NCBI GenBank assembly: GCA_963697285.1
Contig: CAVONI010000012.1
Coordinates: forward strand, 248,616 to 312,615
DNA: 64,000 nt
Source of the DNA: an uncultured Acidobacteriota bacterium
GTDB lineage: Bacteria > Acidobacteriota > Vicinamibacteria > Vicinamibacterales > JAFNAJ01
Direction: 5' to 3'
Shown: one piece after another, positions 22,877 to 32,829 of the stretch
Layout: each line of letters begins with the position of its first letter
Numbering within the stretch: position 1 is the stretch's first letter
Made by a program: the position numbers and the translations under genes
The notes under the pieces: model-generated
The model's input: the letters and a program-made list of their open reading frames with translations, nothing else
What the model was told of the DNA's origin: nothing
The model's database searches: none

Positions 22877-24053
22877 AACCGCGCGCGCTGTGTGTCGACG
22901 ACGAACCGCACGTACTGAACGCGTTGACGCGCCAGTTGCAGAACCTCTTCGTCATCGAGACGGCGTCGTGTGGTGAAGACGGCCTGAACGTCCTGCGAAC
23001 TCGGGGGCCGTTCACCGTGGTCGTGTCTGACTACCGGATGCCGGGGATGAGCGGCGTCGAGTTCCTCTCGAGGGCCCGCGAGATCGCTCCGGATGCCGTG
23101 CGGGTGGTCCTCACCGGCCAGGCCGACATGGAAGCGGCGATCGAGGCCGTGAACGAGGGGCACGTCTTCCGGTTCCTGACGAAGCCCTGCCCCGCGTTCA
23201 ACCTGATACGCGTGCTGCAGGCCTGCGTGGCCCAGCATCGCGTGATCGTCGCCGAACGCGAGGTGCTCGAGCAGACCTGGCGGGCGCCGTGAAGATGCTG
23301 ACCGAGGTCCTGAGCCTGGTGAGCCCGGACGCCTTCGGCCGGGCGACGCGCACGGCAGCCTGCGTCATCCACGTGGCCGCCGCCTTGCGTCTCCCATCGG
23401 CGTGGCAGTACAAGATGGCCGCGTTGCTGGCCCAGGTCGGACTGATTTCGCTCCCGCCCGACACCCTGACCCGTGCCATCGCCGGCTTGTCGCTCTCGGC
23501 GGTCGAGCGTGAGGCCGTGGCCAACCATCCCCGGGTCGCCAGTTCGTTGATCGCCCACATCCCGCGTCTCGACCTGGTGGCACAGATGATTGCCCGGCAG
23601 TTCGAGTCGCTGCCACCGGCACCAGCGGAGCCGGACGGCCTGGCCGCCGAGGCCCCGGCGACGATCGGCGCGCGGTTGCTCCAGTTGGCGACCGCCTTCG
23701 ACGAGGCGCTGATGCGCGGCAGCGGCGACCGCGCGGCGATGGCCGAGATCTGCGGCGGCGTGCCGACTTCCCGCCCTACATGCTGGACGCGCTCGAGACG
23801 TTCGTCGCCCGGCAGGTCGAGAGCCGGGTCAAGGAAGTCGGCCTGAAAGACCTCAACACCGATGATGGTGCTCGACCAGGACGTGTGCTCGCGGGCCGGG
23901 CTGCTGCTGGTGTCGAAAGGACAACCGGTGACGTTGGCCGTCATTCAGCGCCTGCGAGCGTTCGCGCAGGGGATCGGGGTCAGGGAACCGTTCCGGGTCC
24001 GGATTCCGGCGGATCCGCGTGCATCAATCGTGGACGCCCGCGTGGCCGTCTGA
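22873..24053 (+). pseudogene. Response regulator with HD-like output domain, broken into several frames (pseudogene or sequencing indels)
   Basis: Receiver CVDDE...SDYRMPGMSG...FLTKP from ATG 22873; continuation KMLTEVL...HP in 23289..23846 and MVLDQDV...GQPVT in 23862..24053. Confidence 0.75.
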
Positions 24054-24164
24054 CGGGGTCGGTAGCGGACATTCGGCGACTCCGGCGGGCCGGCACGCCC
24101 CCGGATCCCTCCGGCAAGGAAGTCGGTCGGTAAACGGCTGCCCCGGCTGCGTCGTAATCCTCCT

Positions 24165-24617
24165 GTGAAAAAGCGTGTCTTCTCCTGCGTGTTGGTCCTG
24201 CTGGTTGCGGTCGGTGTGGTCGGGCGGCCGGCAGCGGCGGCCGACGACCGCCACAAGTGGTGGTTGTCTGAGAAATATCGTGCCGAACTCGGGCTGAGCG
24301 ACCAGCAGTCCAGCGACCTCGACGCGGTGTTCCAGTCGGTGCTGCCGCGCATGAGGGGCGAGAAGGACGAGCTCGATCGCCAGGATCGCGCCCTGTCGGC
24401 CTTGTTGTCGGGCCCATCCGACGAGGCCTCGGTCGCCCTCGGCATCGACCGTGTCGAGCGGGCGCGCGCCGCCGCCAACAAGACCCGCACGTGGATGCTC
24501 TACCGCATGTATCGGGTCCTGTCGCCCGATCAGCGCGTCAAAGTGGCTGAGATGCACGAGCGCTTCGAGCGCGAGCGCCGCCAGAACCCGTGCGGACAGA
24601 CGAAATCGCAGCAATAG
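24165..24617 (+). CDS. Periplasmic Spy/CpxP-like protein
   Basis: Signal peptide; ELGLSDQQ and VLSPDQR (LTxxQ-like) motifs; helical. Confidence 0.75.
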   Translation: MKKRVFSCVLVLLVAVGVVGRPAAAADDRHKWWLSEKYRAELGLSDQQSSDLDAVFQSVLPRMRGEKDELDRQDRALSALLSGPSDEASVALGIDRVERARAAANKTRTWMLYRMYRVLSPDQRVKVAEMHERFERERRQNPCGQTKSQQ

Positions 24618-24667
24618 GCCCATCGAACTCCGCCTGCCACAGGTCGAACGCGAGGATGTCTCCGGTG

Positions 24668-26290
24668 ATGAACGTGCGCATGCGCGGCCTTGGAATGGCC
24701 GCGTTCCTGATGAGTGTGCTGCCCGTGGCGGCCCAGCCCGTGAGCGACGCGCGGGTCGCGCAACTGGTCCAGACGGCCCTGACGCAGAATGCCGTGTCAA
24801 GCCAGCCTGCCGACGATCGGCCGGCGATCGACCTGCGCCTCGACGACGCGATTGCCCGCGCGCTCGAGCGCAACCTCGACATCCAGGTCGAGCGGCTCAA
24901 CCCCGGGACGTACGACTTCACCCTCTCGGCGCTGCGATCGGCGTATACCCCGACCGCGACCAGCTTGCTGGGCCAGAACAATGCCACGCTGCTCCCGACG
25001 AGCCAGCTCGTCGGCGGCGACAAGGTCAAGAACGACGTGGGCACGGCCAACGTCGGCGTCTCCCAGGCCCTGCCCTGGTACGGCACGAACCTGACGATGG
25101 CGTGGAACAACCGCAAGCAGGACTCGACGAGCACCTTCAACACGTTCAACCCGCAGTACAACTCGGTGCTCACGGCGACGGTGACGCAGCCGCTGATGCG
25201 CGGCTTCAAGATCGACGGCACGCGCCAGCAGCTCATGGTGACGCAGGTCAATCGCGATATCTCGGAATTGCAGCTGCAGTCGACCATCACGACGACGCTC
25301 GCGCAGGTGCGCAACGCCTACTACGATCTGACCTACTCGGTCGCGGCGGCCCGGGTCGCGCGGCAATCGCTGTCCCTGGCCGAGAAGCTGGTGGACGACA
25401 ACAAGGTGCGGGTCGAGGTCGGCACGCTGGCGCCCATCGACGTCGTGCAGGCTGAAGCCGAAGCGGCCACACGCCTGCAGGCGCTCGTCCAGGCCGAGTC
25501 GACCCTGCGGACGGCGGAACTGGCCCTCAAGCGACTGGTGGTCAGCGGCACCGATGACCCGCTGTGGACGGCCGCGATCAACCCTATCGACATCCCGTCG
25601 TTCGCTCCGTACCCCGTGGACGTCACGGCGGCGGTGCGCAAGGCACTCGACGAACGGTACGACCTCAAGCAGGCTCACAAGACGCTCGAGGCGAACGACC
25701 TCGGCCTTCGCCTGATCGACAACCAGCGGTTGCCGGCCCTCGACCTGGTGGGCACGTATACCCTGCAGGGGATCGCGGGAACGACCAAGACCATAGACAC
25801 CGGGTTCAGCGATGCGCTCGCGGCCATCGGGAACAAGGAATACCCGACGTGGAGCGTGCAGCTGCAGGTGAGCTATCCGCTCGGCACCAGCGCCGCCGAT
25901 GCTGCCAGGGGCCGCGCGCGGATCCAGATGTCGCAGGCGCAGGCGCAGATCCGGTCGGTCGAGCTGCAGATCGCCACCGAAGTGACGAACTACGCCCTCC
26001 AGGTGCAGAGCAACCTGAAGCGCGTTGACGCCACGCGTGCGGCGCGCGGGCTGGCCGAGCGCCGGCTCGAAGCCGAGCAGAGCAAGTTCGAAGTGGGCAT
26101 GTCGACCAATTTCTTCGTCGTCCAGGCGCAGCGTGATCTCGCTGACGCCCAGAACAACGAACTGCGGGCACTCCTCGATTACATCAAATCGATCGTGGAC
26201 TTCGAGCGCTCGCAGCAGGCGGGCGTCACGCGGACCACGATCACCACGGTTGTGACAGCTGGCGCCGGGGGCGCCGGGGTGACGCGCTGA
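24668..26290 (+). CDS. TolC-family outer membrane efflux protein
   Basis: Signal peptide, LRLDDAIARALERN, VRNAYYDL, EQSKFEVGMST. Confidence 0.9.
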   Translation: MNVRMRGLGMAAFLMSVLPVAAQPVSDARVAQLVQTALTQNAVSSQPADDRPAIDLRLDDAIARALERNLDIQVERLNPGTYDFTLSALRSAYTPTATSLLGQNNATLLPTSQLVGGDKVKNDVGTANVGVSQALPWYGTNLTMAWNNRKQDSTSTFNTFNPQYNSVLTATVTQPLMRGFKIDGTRQQLMVTQVNRDISELQLQSTITTTLAQVRNAYYDLTYSVAAARVARQSLSLAEKLVDDNKVRVEVGTLAPIDVVQAEAEAATRLQALVQAESTLRTAELALKRLVVSGTDDPLWTAAINPIDIPSFAPYPVDVTAAVRKALDERYDLKQAHKTLEANDLGLRLIDNQRLPALDLVGTYTLQGIAGTTKTIDTGFSDALAAIGNKEYPTWSVQLQVSYPLGTSAADAARGRARIQMSQAQAQIRSVELQIATEVTNYALQVQSNLKRVDATRAARGLAERRLEAEQSKFEVGMSTNFFVVQAQRDLADAQNNELRALLDYIKSIVDFERSQQAGVTRTTITTVVTAGAGGAGVTR

Positions 26291-26317
26291 CGTCGCTGTT
26301 TACGAGTCTTCACACAC

Positions 26318-27694
26318 ATGCGGAATCGCGTTCTTCTCATCGTCGCCCTCGTCGTGTTCGGCGGAGGCTGGTATCTCTACTCGAAGTCGAATGCGCCGGC
26401 GGCAACGCCTGGTGCGGCCGGCGCACCTGGCGGAGCCCGGCCCGGCGGGGGCATGGGTGGCGGCATGGGCGGTCCCGGGGGAATGGGCGCCGGCATGTTC
26501 CGTCCACCGATGACCGTGGAACTGGCCACCGTGAAGCGCGCCCCGGTGTCGGAGTACCTGACGGTCGTCGGCAACCTCGTGGGGGCCTCGACGGTCGAGG
26601 TGGTCCCCAAGGTAAGCGGACGTCTCCAGACGGTCAGCGTGCGGATCGGGGATGCCGTTACGCGCGGTTCGTTGATTGCCCTCGTCGAGGACCGCGAGAT
26701 CCGGGAGCAGGTGAAGCAGGCCGAGGCCTCGTTCGATGTCGCACGCGCGACGATTCGCCAGCGTGAGGCCGACCTGAAGTTCGCCGAAACGAACCTCAAT
26801 CGCTCGCGCAACCTGTTCCAACGGCAGTTGCTGCCCCAGCAGGCGCTCGACGACGCCGACGCGCGCCAGCAGGCAGCCAACGCGCAGCTCGACCTCGCGC
26901 GTGCGCAGTTCGCCCAGGCCGAGGCGCGCCTCGAGGAACTCCGCATCACCCTGTCGAACTGCCGCATCGTGTCGCCGGTCGATGGCTTCGTCGCGAAGCG
27001 CAACCTCGACCCTGGGGCCTTCGTGTCATCGAACGTGCCGGTGGCGTCGGTCGTCGAGATCCGCACCGTGCGCATGGTCACCAACCTGGTGGAGAAGGAC
27101 TTGCGCCGGGTCGCCGTCGGCGCACCGGCCATCGTCGACGTCGACGCGTTCCCGGGCGAGACCTTCACCGGCCGCGTGGCGCGCGTCGCGCCGGTCCTCG
27201 ATCCCGCGACCCGCACGGCGTCGATGGAGATCGAGGTGCCGAACCCCACCTTCCGCCTCAAGCCGGGGATGTATGCCCGCGTCCGCCTCACGGTCGCGGA
27301 GCGGCAGGACGCCCTCGTGGTGCCCCGCAATGCCATCGTCGACTACGAGAACAAGCGTGGCGTGTTCCTGTTCGATGCCGGCGAGACCAAGGCCACGTTC
27401 CGAACGGTCTCGGTCGGCCTGCAGGACGAGGCGATCTCGGAGGTGACGTCTGGCCTCACTCAAGGTGACCGGGTCGTCACGACCGGCGCCGCAGGCCTGC
27501 GCGATGGTGACAGGGTCCTGCTCGAAGGCCAGGGGCCTCGACCGGGGAGCGGCCCCGGCGGCGGGGCTGCGGGCGCAGGCGGAAGGCGTCCCGAAGGCGG
27601 CAGCGGGCAAGCAGCGGGACAGGGTCCGGCGGGCGCGACCGCCTCGCCGTCTCCGGCGGGTGCGGCACGCGGTCCGGGCGGGCCGACGCGATAG
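26318..27694 (+). CDS. RND efflux periplasmic adaptor (MFP)
   Basis: N-terminal TM, VVPKVSGRL, IVSPVDGFV, LDPATRT, LKPGMYARV. Confidence 0.92.
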   Translation: MRNRVLLIVALVVFGGGWYLYSKSNAPAATPGAAGAPGGARPGGGMGGGMGGPGGMGAGMFRPPMTVELATVKRAPVSEYLTVVGNLVGASTVEVVPKVSGRLQTVSVRIGDAVTRGSLIALVEDREIREQVKQAEASFDVARATIRQREADLKFAETNLNRSRNLFQRQLLPQQALDDADARQQAANAQLDLARAQFAQAEARLEELRITLSNCRIVSPVDGFVAKRNLDPGAFVSSNVPVASVVEIRTVRMVTNLVEKDLRRVAVGAPAIVDVDAFPGETFTGRVARVAPVLDPATRTASMEIEVPNPTFRLKPGMYARVRLTVAERQDALVVPRNAIVDYENKRGVFLFDAGETKATFRTVSVGLQDEAISEVTSGLTQGDRVVTTGAAGLRDGDRVLLEGQGPRPGSGPGGGAAGAGGRRPEGGSGQAAGQGPAGATASPSPAGAARGPGGPTR

Positions 27695-27759
27695 TTCGGC
27701 GTTCACGAATGACACAACTGGTCCATCGCTCCGGCGATGACGTCACATAGAGGTTCGTC

Positions 27760-30700
27760 ATGAGTATTCCGCGCACGGCCATCCATCGGCCGGTGACCAT
27801 GTTCATGCTGTGCGGCGTCATCACGCTGCTGGGCGCGATTTCACTCCTCAGGCTCCCCGTCGACCTGATGCCCGAGGTGAGCTTTCCGAGCCTCACCGTC
27901 AGGGTGAGCTATCCCGGAGTGGGCCCGCTGGAGATCGAGGAGTCGATCACCCGCCCGATCGAGCAGTCGGTGAGTGCGGTCGCCGGCATCGAGCAGGTCA
28001 ACTCGACCTCGTCTGAAGGGTCGAGCATGGTGCGCCTCAACTTCGCGTATGGCACCAACCTCAACGTGGCCGCTGACGATGTGCGCAGCCGCCTCGATCG
28101 CGTGAAGGGCCGGCTGCCTGAAGACGCGGATCCGCCGGTGCTGTTCAAGTTCGACTCGACGCAGTTCCCGATCGTCATGCTCGCGGTCGAAGGCGACTAC
28201 GACCCGGTCGAACTGCGTGAGATCGCCGAGAACACCCTCGCCCGACGGATCGAGCGCGTGCCAGGCGTCGCGGCCGTGGATGTGAATGGCGGACTCCGTC
28301 GCCAGATCCGTATCGAACTGTCGCGCGAGAAGATCACTGCGCTCGAGCTTCCCGTAGACCGGGTCGTCAGCCTCCTCAGGTCAGAGAACCAGAACGTGCC
28401 CCTGGGCGAAGTCGAAGAAGGCGACATGACCTACCTGCTTCGCAGCCCCGGCCAGTTCACGTCGCTCGACGACATCCGCGGCCTCATCGTCCTCAACAAG
28501 GCCGGCGTGCCGGTGTACCTGCGCGACATCGCCGACGTGAAGGACGCCACCGAGGACGTGCGATCGGTGACTCGCGTCAACGGGAAGGCCGGGGTGCGCA
28601 TGCAGGTGCGCAAGCAGTCTGGCGAAAACACCGTGGCGGTCGCGCACCTGGTGCGCGAGGAGGTTGACCGCATCAACGCCGAGGCCTCGGGCGTCAAGGT
28701 GTCGGTAACGATGGACACCTCGACTTACATCGAACAGTCGATCGGCAGCGTGCAGGAAGCCGTCATGGTGGGATCGATCCTGGTGGTCATCGTCATCTTC
28801 GCGTTCCTCCGCAGCGCGCGCGCGACGATCATCATCTGCACGTCGATTCCGATTTCGATCATCGGGACGTTCGCCCTGCTCTACTTCGGCGGATACACGC
28901 TCAACACGATGACGTTCGGTGGCCTTGCGCTTGGCGTCGGCATGATTGTCGACGCGGCCATTGTCGTGCTCGAGAACACGCAACGGCACATGGAGATGGG
29001 CAAGAGCCGGCTCCAGGCGGCCATCGACGGCAGCGAGGAAATCTGGTCGGCCATCCTCGCCTCGACCCTGACGCACGTCGCGGTGTTCGTCCCCTTCTTC
29101 TTCCTCACCGGCGTGTCCAGCGCCCTGTTCGGCCAGTTGGCTATCGTCGTCATCTTCTCGCTTGCTATGGCCCTGTTCGTGGCCGTCACCATCGTGCCCG
29201 TGCTGTGCTCGAGGTTGCTGAAGATGCCGGTGCCGGCAAACGAACGCAAGGGCATCACGGGCCGGCTCTACACCATGAGCGAGAACGGGCTCGACTGGCT
29301 CGACGAGCGGTACCGCCGCGTGCTGCACGTCTGTCTCGAGCACAGGCCGACAGTGCTCGCAAGCGGCGTGGCCTTGTTCGCCCTCGCCATCTACCTGATG
29401 AGCGGCCTCAACTACGAGTTGATGCCGCAGGCCGATGAGGGCGAGGTGTCGGTGAACGCCGAACTGCCAGTTGGCACGCGGATCGAGCGCACCGAGGCGG
29501 CGATTGTGCAGCTCGAGGCATTGATCAAGCAGAACGTCCCGGAAGCCGTGTCGGTCATCTCGTCGGCGGGCGGGGGCGGAGGCGGCGGCATGATGGGCTC
29601 GGGCGGGACGCACCGCGGGAGTCTCACTGTGCGCCTGGTTCCGCGCGACGAGCGGAAGCGCAGCAATGACGCCATCGCAACGGCGCTGCGTCGCCAGTTG
29701 TCCGGGCTGCCGGGTGTCATCGTCACGGCGCGTCCGTCTGGCGGAAACTGGCAGTTGAGCCGCATCCTCGGCGGTGGCTCCGATTCGCGCCTGGCCCTCG
29801 AGATCCGGGGCCACGACCTGGTCGACGCACGACGCCTGTCGCAAGAGGCGAAGACGCTCCTGGAGGGCACGCCCGGCGTGGCCGATGCCCGCGTGGGACG
29901 CGAGGAGGGCCGCCCGGAACTCGCGGTCCGGGTCGACCGCGACAAGGCGGCGTTGCTCGGACTCACGGTCAGCGGCGTGGCCAGCACGCTGCGCACGAAT
30001 CTAGCCGGCACACAGGCGGCGATGTATCGCGAGCGCGGCTTCGAGTACCCGATCATCGTGCGCCTCCAGGAGTCGGACCGGTCCAAGGTGTCGGACGTGG
30101 ACGACCTGCTGGTGAGCACGCCACGCGGGCAGGTGGTCGAAGCCAAGAACCTGATGGCCATCGCGCCCGAAGCCGGCCCTGTCCAGATCGAACGCAAGAA
30201 CCAGCAGCGCATCGCGTTCGTCAACGCCGAAGTCGAAACCACCATCAGCGAGGCCGTCGAGAACGTCCAGGCGCGCCTTGGGCAGCTGCAGGTGCCGAAG
30301 GACTTCTCGGTCGGGTTCGGCGCCGAGGTCCAGGAACAGGCCAAGGCGTTCTCGCAGCTGCAACTGTTGCTCATCCTGGCCGTGATCCTCGTCTACGCGG
30401 TGATGGCGTCGCAGTACGAGTCGCTGCGCGACCCGTTCATCATCATGTTCTCGATCCCGCTGGCTGCGATCGGTGTGGTGCTCGCGCTCAAGCTGACCGA
30501 CACGCCGTTCAGCATGCAGGCCTACATCGGCGTCATCATGCTGGCCGGCATCGTCGTGTCGAACGCGATCCTGCTGGTCGACTACACCAACACGCTGCGG
30601 AGGCGCGACAACGTGCCGTTGCGGCAGGCCGTCGAACTTGCGGGCCGGACCCGGCTGCGTCCGATTCTGATGACGACGCTCACGACCATCCTGGGCCTCG

Positions 30701-30903
30701 TGCCGATGGCCACCGGTCTCGGGGAGGGTGCCGAACTCCAGGCGCCACTCGCGCGGGTGGTGATCGGGGGCCTGACGGCGTCAACGCTCATCACGCTGGT
30801 GTTCGTGCCCACGATGTACACGCTGTTCGAAGAGGGCCTGGCAGGCTTGCTCAAGGGTGCGCACGCACACGAAGCCGCCGTCGCCCCGGAGTCGGCCAGC
30901 TAA
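27760..30903 (+). CDS. RND efflux permease (AcrB/AcrD/AcrF family)
   Basis: 1047 aa; [44 protein letters not shown]. Confidence 0.95.
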   Translation: MSIPRTAIHRPVTMFMLCGVITLLGAISLLRLPVDLMPEVSFPSLTVRVSYPGVGPLEIEESITRPIEQSVSAVAGIEQVNSTSSEGSSMVRLNFAYGTNLNVAADDVRSRLDRVKGRLPEDADPPVLFKFDSTQFPIVMLAVEGDYDPVELREIAENTLARRIERVPGVAAVDVNGGLRRQIRIELSREKITALELPVDRVVSLLRSENQNVPLGEVEEGDMTYLLRSPGQFTSLDDIRGLIVLNKAGVPVYLRDIADVKDATEDVRSVTRVNGKAGVRMQVRKQSGENTVAVAHLVREEVDRINAEASGVKVSVTMDTSTYIEQSIGSVQEAVMVGSILVVIVIFAFLRSARATIIICTSIPISIIGTFALLYFGGYTLNTMTFGGLALGVGMIVDAAIVVLENTQRHMEMGKSRLQAAIDGSEEIWSAILASTLTHVAVFVPFFFLTGVSSALFGQLAIVVIFSLAMALFVAVTIVPVLCSRLLKMPVPANERKGITGRLYTMSENGLDWLDERYRRVLHVCLEHRPTVLASGVALFALAIYLMSGLNYELMPQADEGEVSVNAELPVGTRIERTEAAIVQLEALIKQNVPEAVSVISSAGGGGGGGMMGSGGTHRGSLTVRLVPRDERKRSNDAIATALRRQLSGLPGVIVTARPSGGNWQLSRILGGGSDSRLALEIRGHDLVDARRLSQEAKTLLEGTPGVADARVGREEGRPELAVRVDRDKAALLGLTVSGVASTLRTNLAGTQAAMYRERGFEYPIIVRLQESDRSKVSDVDDLLVSTPRGQVVEAKNLMAIAPEAGPVQIERKNQQRIAFVNAEVETTISEAVENVQARLGQLQVPKDFSVGFGAEVQEQAKAFSQLQLLLILAVILVYAVMASQYESLRDPFIIMFSIPLAAIGVVLALKLTDTPFSMQAYIGVIMLAGIVVSNAILLVDYTNTLRRRDNVPLRQAVELAGRTRLRPILMTTLTTILGLVPMATGLGEGAELQAPLARVVIGGLTASTLITLVFVPTMYTLFEEGLAGLLKGAHAHEAAVAPESAS

Positions 30904-30963
30904 CCACCTTCAGTCAGGGGCCGGGCGCACGCCCGGCCTCCCCACCTTCGCGGAGCCCTGCCC

Positions 30964-31338
30964 ATGCGCCCCCTGCTCGCCCCGTTCGAAGCCACGTGCT
31001 ACGCCGCGTTCCGGTTCGTGGCGGGATTCCTCATGCTCTTCCACGGCCTGCAGAAGCTGTTTGGTCTCTTCGGGGGCACGAAGGTCGAACTGCTGACGCA
31101 GCGGGGCCTGGGCGGGATCATCGAGCTCGGCTGCGGCACGCTGGTGGCCCTGGGTTTCTTCACGAGCCCCGCCGCCTTCATCCTCAGCGGCACCATGGCC
31201 GTCGCGTACTTCCAGTTCCACCAACCCGGCGGGCTGCTGCCGATCGTGAACCGCGGCGAACTCGCGGCGCTCTACTGCTTCGCGTTCCTCTACATCGCGT
31301 CGAAGGGCACCGGCCGCTTCGGCATCCACAAGCGCTAG
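30964..31338 (+). CDS. DoxX family membrane protein
   Basis: FRFVAGFLMLFHGLQKLFG, IELGCG, GELAALYCF. Confidence 0.88.
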   Translation: MRPLLAPFEATCYAAFRFVAGFLMLFHGLQKLFGLFGGTKVELLTQRGLGGIIELGCGTLVALGFFTSPAAFILSGTMAVAYFQFHQPGGLLPIVNRGELAALYCFAFLYIASKGTGRFGIHKR

Positions 31339-31413
31339 CGCGCGCGGTGCTCGGGGCCGCGCGGCTTCGTCGGTGGCGTTCGGCGTGCCACCAGGCGAGT
31401 TGAACCGCCCCGG

Positions 31414-31884
31414 CTACGTCGGGCAGTCGCGCGCGAGCTCGGCGATCGTGCGACCGGTCACCGGATCGCGCCAGTCGCCGGCGATCTCGGCCAGCGGACC
31501 GAGCACGAACGCACGCGTGCGGAACCGCGGGTGCGGCACCACGAGCGACGCCGTGTGGATCACCAGGTCGCCAAAGAGGATCAGATCGAGGTCGAGCGTG
31601 CGCGCGGCGTTGGGATGAGGGCGCGTGCGGCCATGGGCCTGCTCGATGGCCTGGAGCGCGGCCAGCAGCGCCTCAGGCGACAGGCCGGTGCGGCCGATGG
31701 CCACCGCGTTGAGATAGGGATGCTGAGCGTCGGGAGTGCCGACGGGATCGGTCTCGATGATTGACGACAACACCATGCCGTCGAGCACCGAGCCGAGCGC
31801 AACGGCCGCCGCGCGGAGGTGCGCCGAGCGATCGCCGAGGTTGCTGCCGAGGGCGACAGCGACGGGTGTCGTTATCCCAGCCAT
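31414..31884 (-). CDS. folK: 2-amino-4-hydroxy-6-hydroxymethyldihydropteridine diphosphokinase
   Basis: VALGSNLGDR, YLNAV, IEQAHGR, ARTLDLDLILFG, VPHPR, RAFVLGPLAEI. Confidence 0.95.
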   Translation of the reverse strand: MAGITTPVAVALGSNLGDRSAHLRAAAVALGSVLDGMVLSSIIETDPVGTPDAQHPYLNAVAIGRTGLSPEALLAALQAIEQAHGRTRPHPNAARTLDLDLILFGDLVIHTASLVVPHPRFRTRAFVLGPLAEIAGDWRDPVTGRTIAELARDCPT

Positions 31885-32360
31885 CGCACCGGCATCACGC
31901 CCCCGCCGGTGCCCGCGTTCCGGTGGCGACGGCCGAGCAGGTCGTCGCGTCGTGCCGTCATCTGCTCGAAGAACCGCTGCTGCTCGCGCATCTCGCCGAG
32001 AATCACGCCGAGCATCTTCTTGTGCCGCACCTGCGTCATCGCCTCGGCCCGGGGCGTCCACTTTGCCACGAAGGCCTGTGCCCGCTGCGCGTCGTCGCCC
32101 GCAATGGCCTGCTCGCGCGCGTCGCCCTTCCCTGCGGGCAGGTCGAGGGCCGTGGGCGCCGCTGGATGCTGGAGGCCCGCGTCGTCGAGCGCACTGCGGA
32201 TCCAGCCCAGGTGGAGCTCTTCGCGGTTGATGATGTACTGGTAGGTGTTGTTGAACTCGTAGCTCGACACGTGACGCGCGCCCTCGACGTGACGGTCGCG
32301 CAGGGCCACCTTGTCGCGATACAGGTCCTGCAGCAGCGAGTGGAGTTCGGTCGTAGTCAC
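31872..32360 (-). CDS. Hypothetical four-helix (ferritin-like) protein
   Basis: Overlaps both neighbours; helical pattern with REELH and GEMREQ. Confidence 0.6.
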   Translation of the reverse strand: MTTTELHSLLQDLYRDKVALRDRHVEGARHVSSYEFNNTYQYIINREELHLGWIRSALDDAGLQHPAAPTALDLPAGKGDAREQAIAGDDAQRAQAFVAKWTPRAEAMTQVRHKKMLGVILGEMREQQRFFEQMTARRDDLLGRRHRNAGTGGGVMPVRWLG

Positions 32361-32692
32361 GACTGTTGCTTTTCCTTGCAGTGGATGCAGACGCGCGTCC
32401 AGGGGATGGCCTGGAGCCGCGGCGACGAAATGGGCTCGCCGCAATCACGACACAGGCCGTAGGTGCCCTTGTCGATCCGCGTCAGCGCCTCTTCAATGGC
32501 CTGGAGGATCTTGGCGTCGGTCTGGCGCAGCCGCAACTGGACGTGCACTTCATTCGTGCCAGTGGCCTGGTCGGCGACGTCGCCCTGCCGGGTGTTGGTG
32601 TCCATCGAGACGGCGAGCGGCCGGATACCGTGCAGCTCGCGAATCTCGTCACGCTTACGCACGAGCAGGTCGCGAAAATCCACTACTTCCAT
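32357..32692 (-). CDS. DksA/TraR C4 zinc-finger protein
   Basis: GDVADQA, IEEALTRIDKGTYGLCRDCGEPI..RLQAIPWTRVCIHC; GGAG RBS. Confidence 0.92.
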   Translation of the reverse strand: MEVVDFRDLLVRKRDEIRELHGIRPLAVSMDTNTRQGDVADQATGTNEVHVQLRLRQTDAKILQAIEEALTRIDKGTYGLCRDCGEPISSPRLQAIPWTRVCIHCKEKQQS

Positions 32693-32829
32693 CGACGACG
32701 TGTCTCCTATGTCTGAGCCACCGGCGCAAACGCCGACCCGACATGGTATCACGCGCCACCGCCGGGTTTGCCCCCTCGCGGCGCCCCCGTTCCCAGGCGG
32801 CGAAGGCGAGGCCGGCGGCCGCGTGGCGA

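Noticed and set aside
18970-23292. In-frame TGA codons in broken genes as possible selenocysteine sites (given selB)
   Set aside because: Homology resumes in a different frame, not after the TGA, and the positions do not correspond to catalytic Cys residues; better explained by indels
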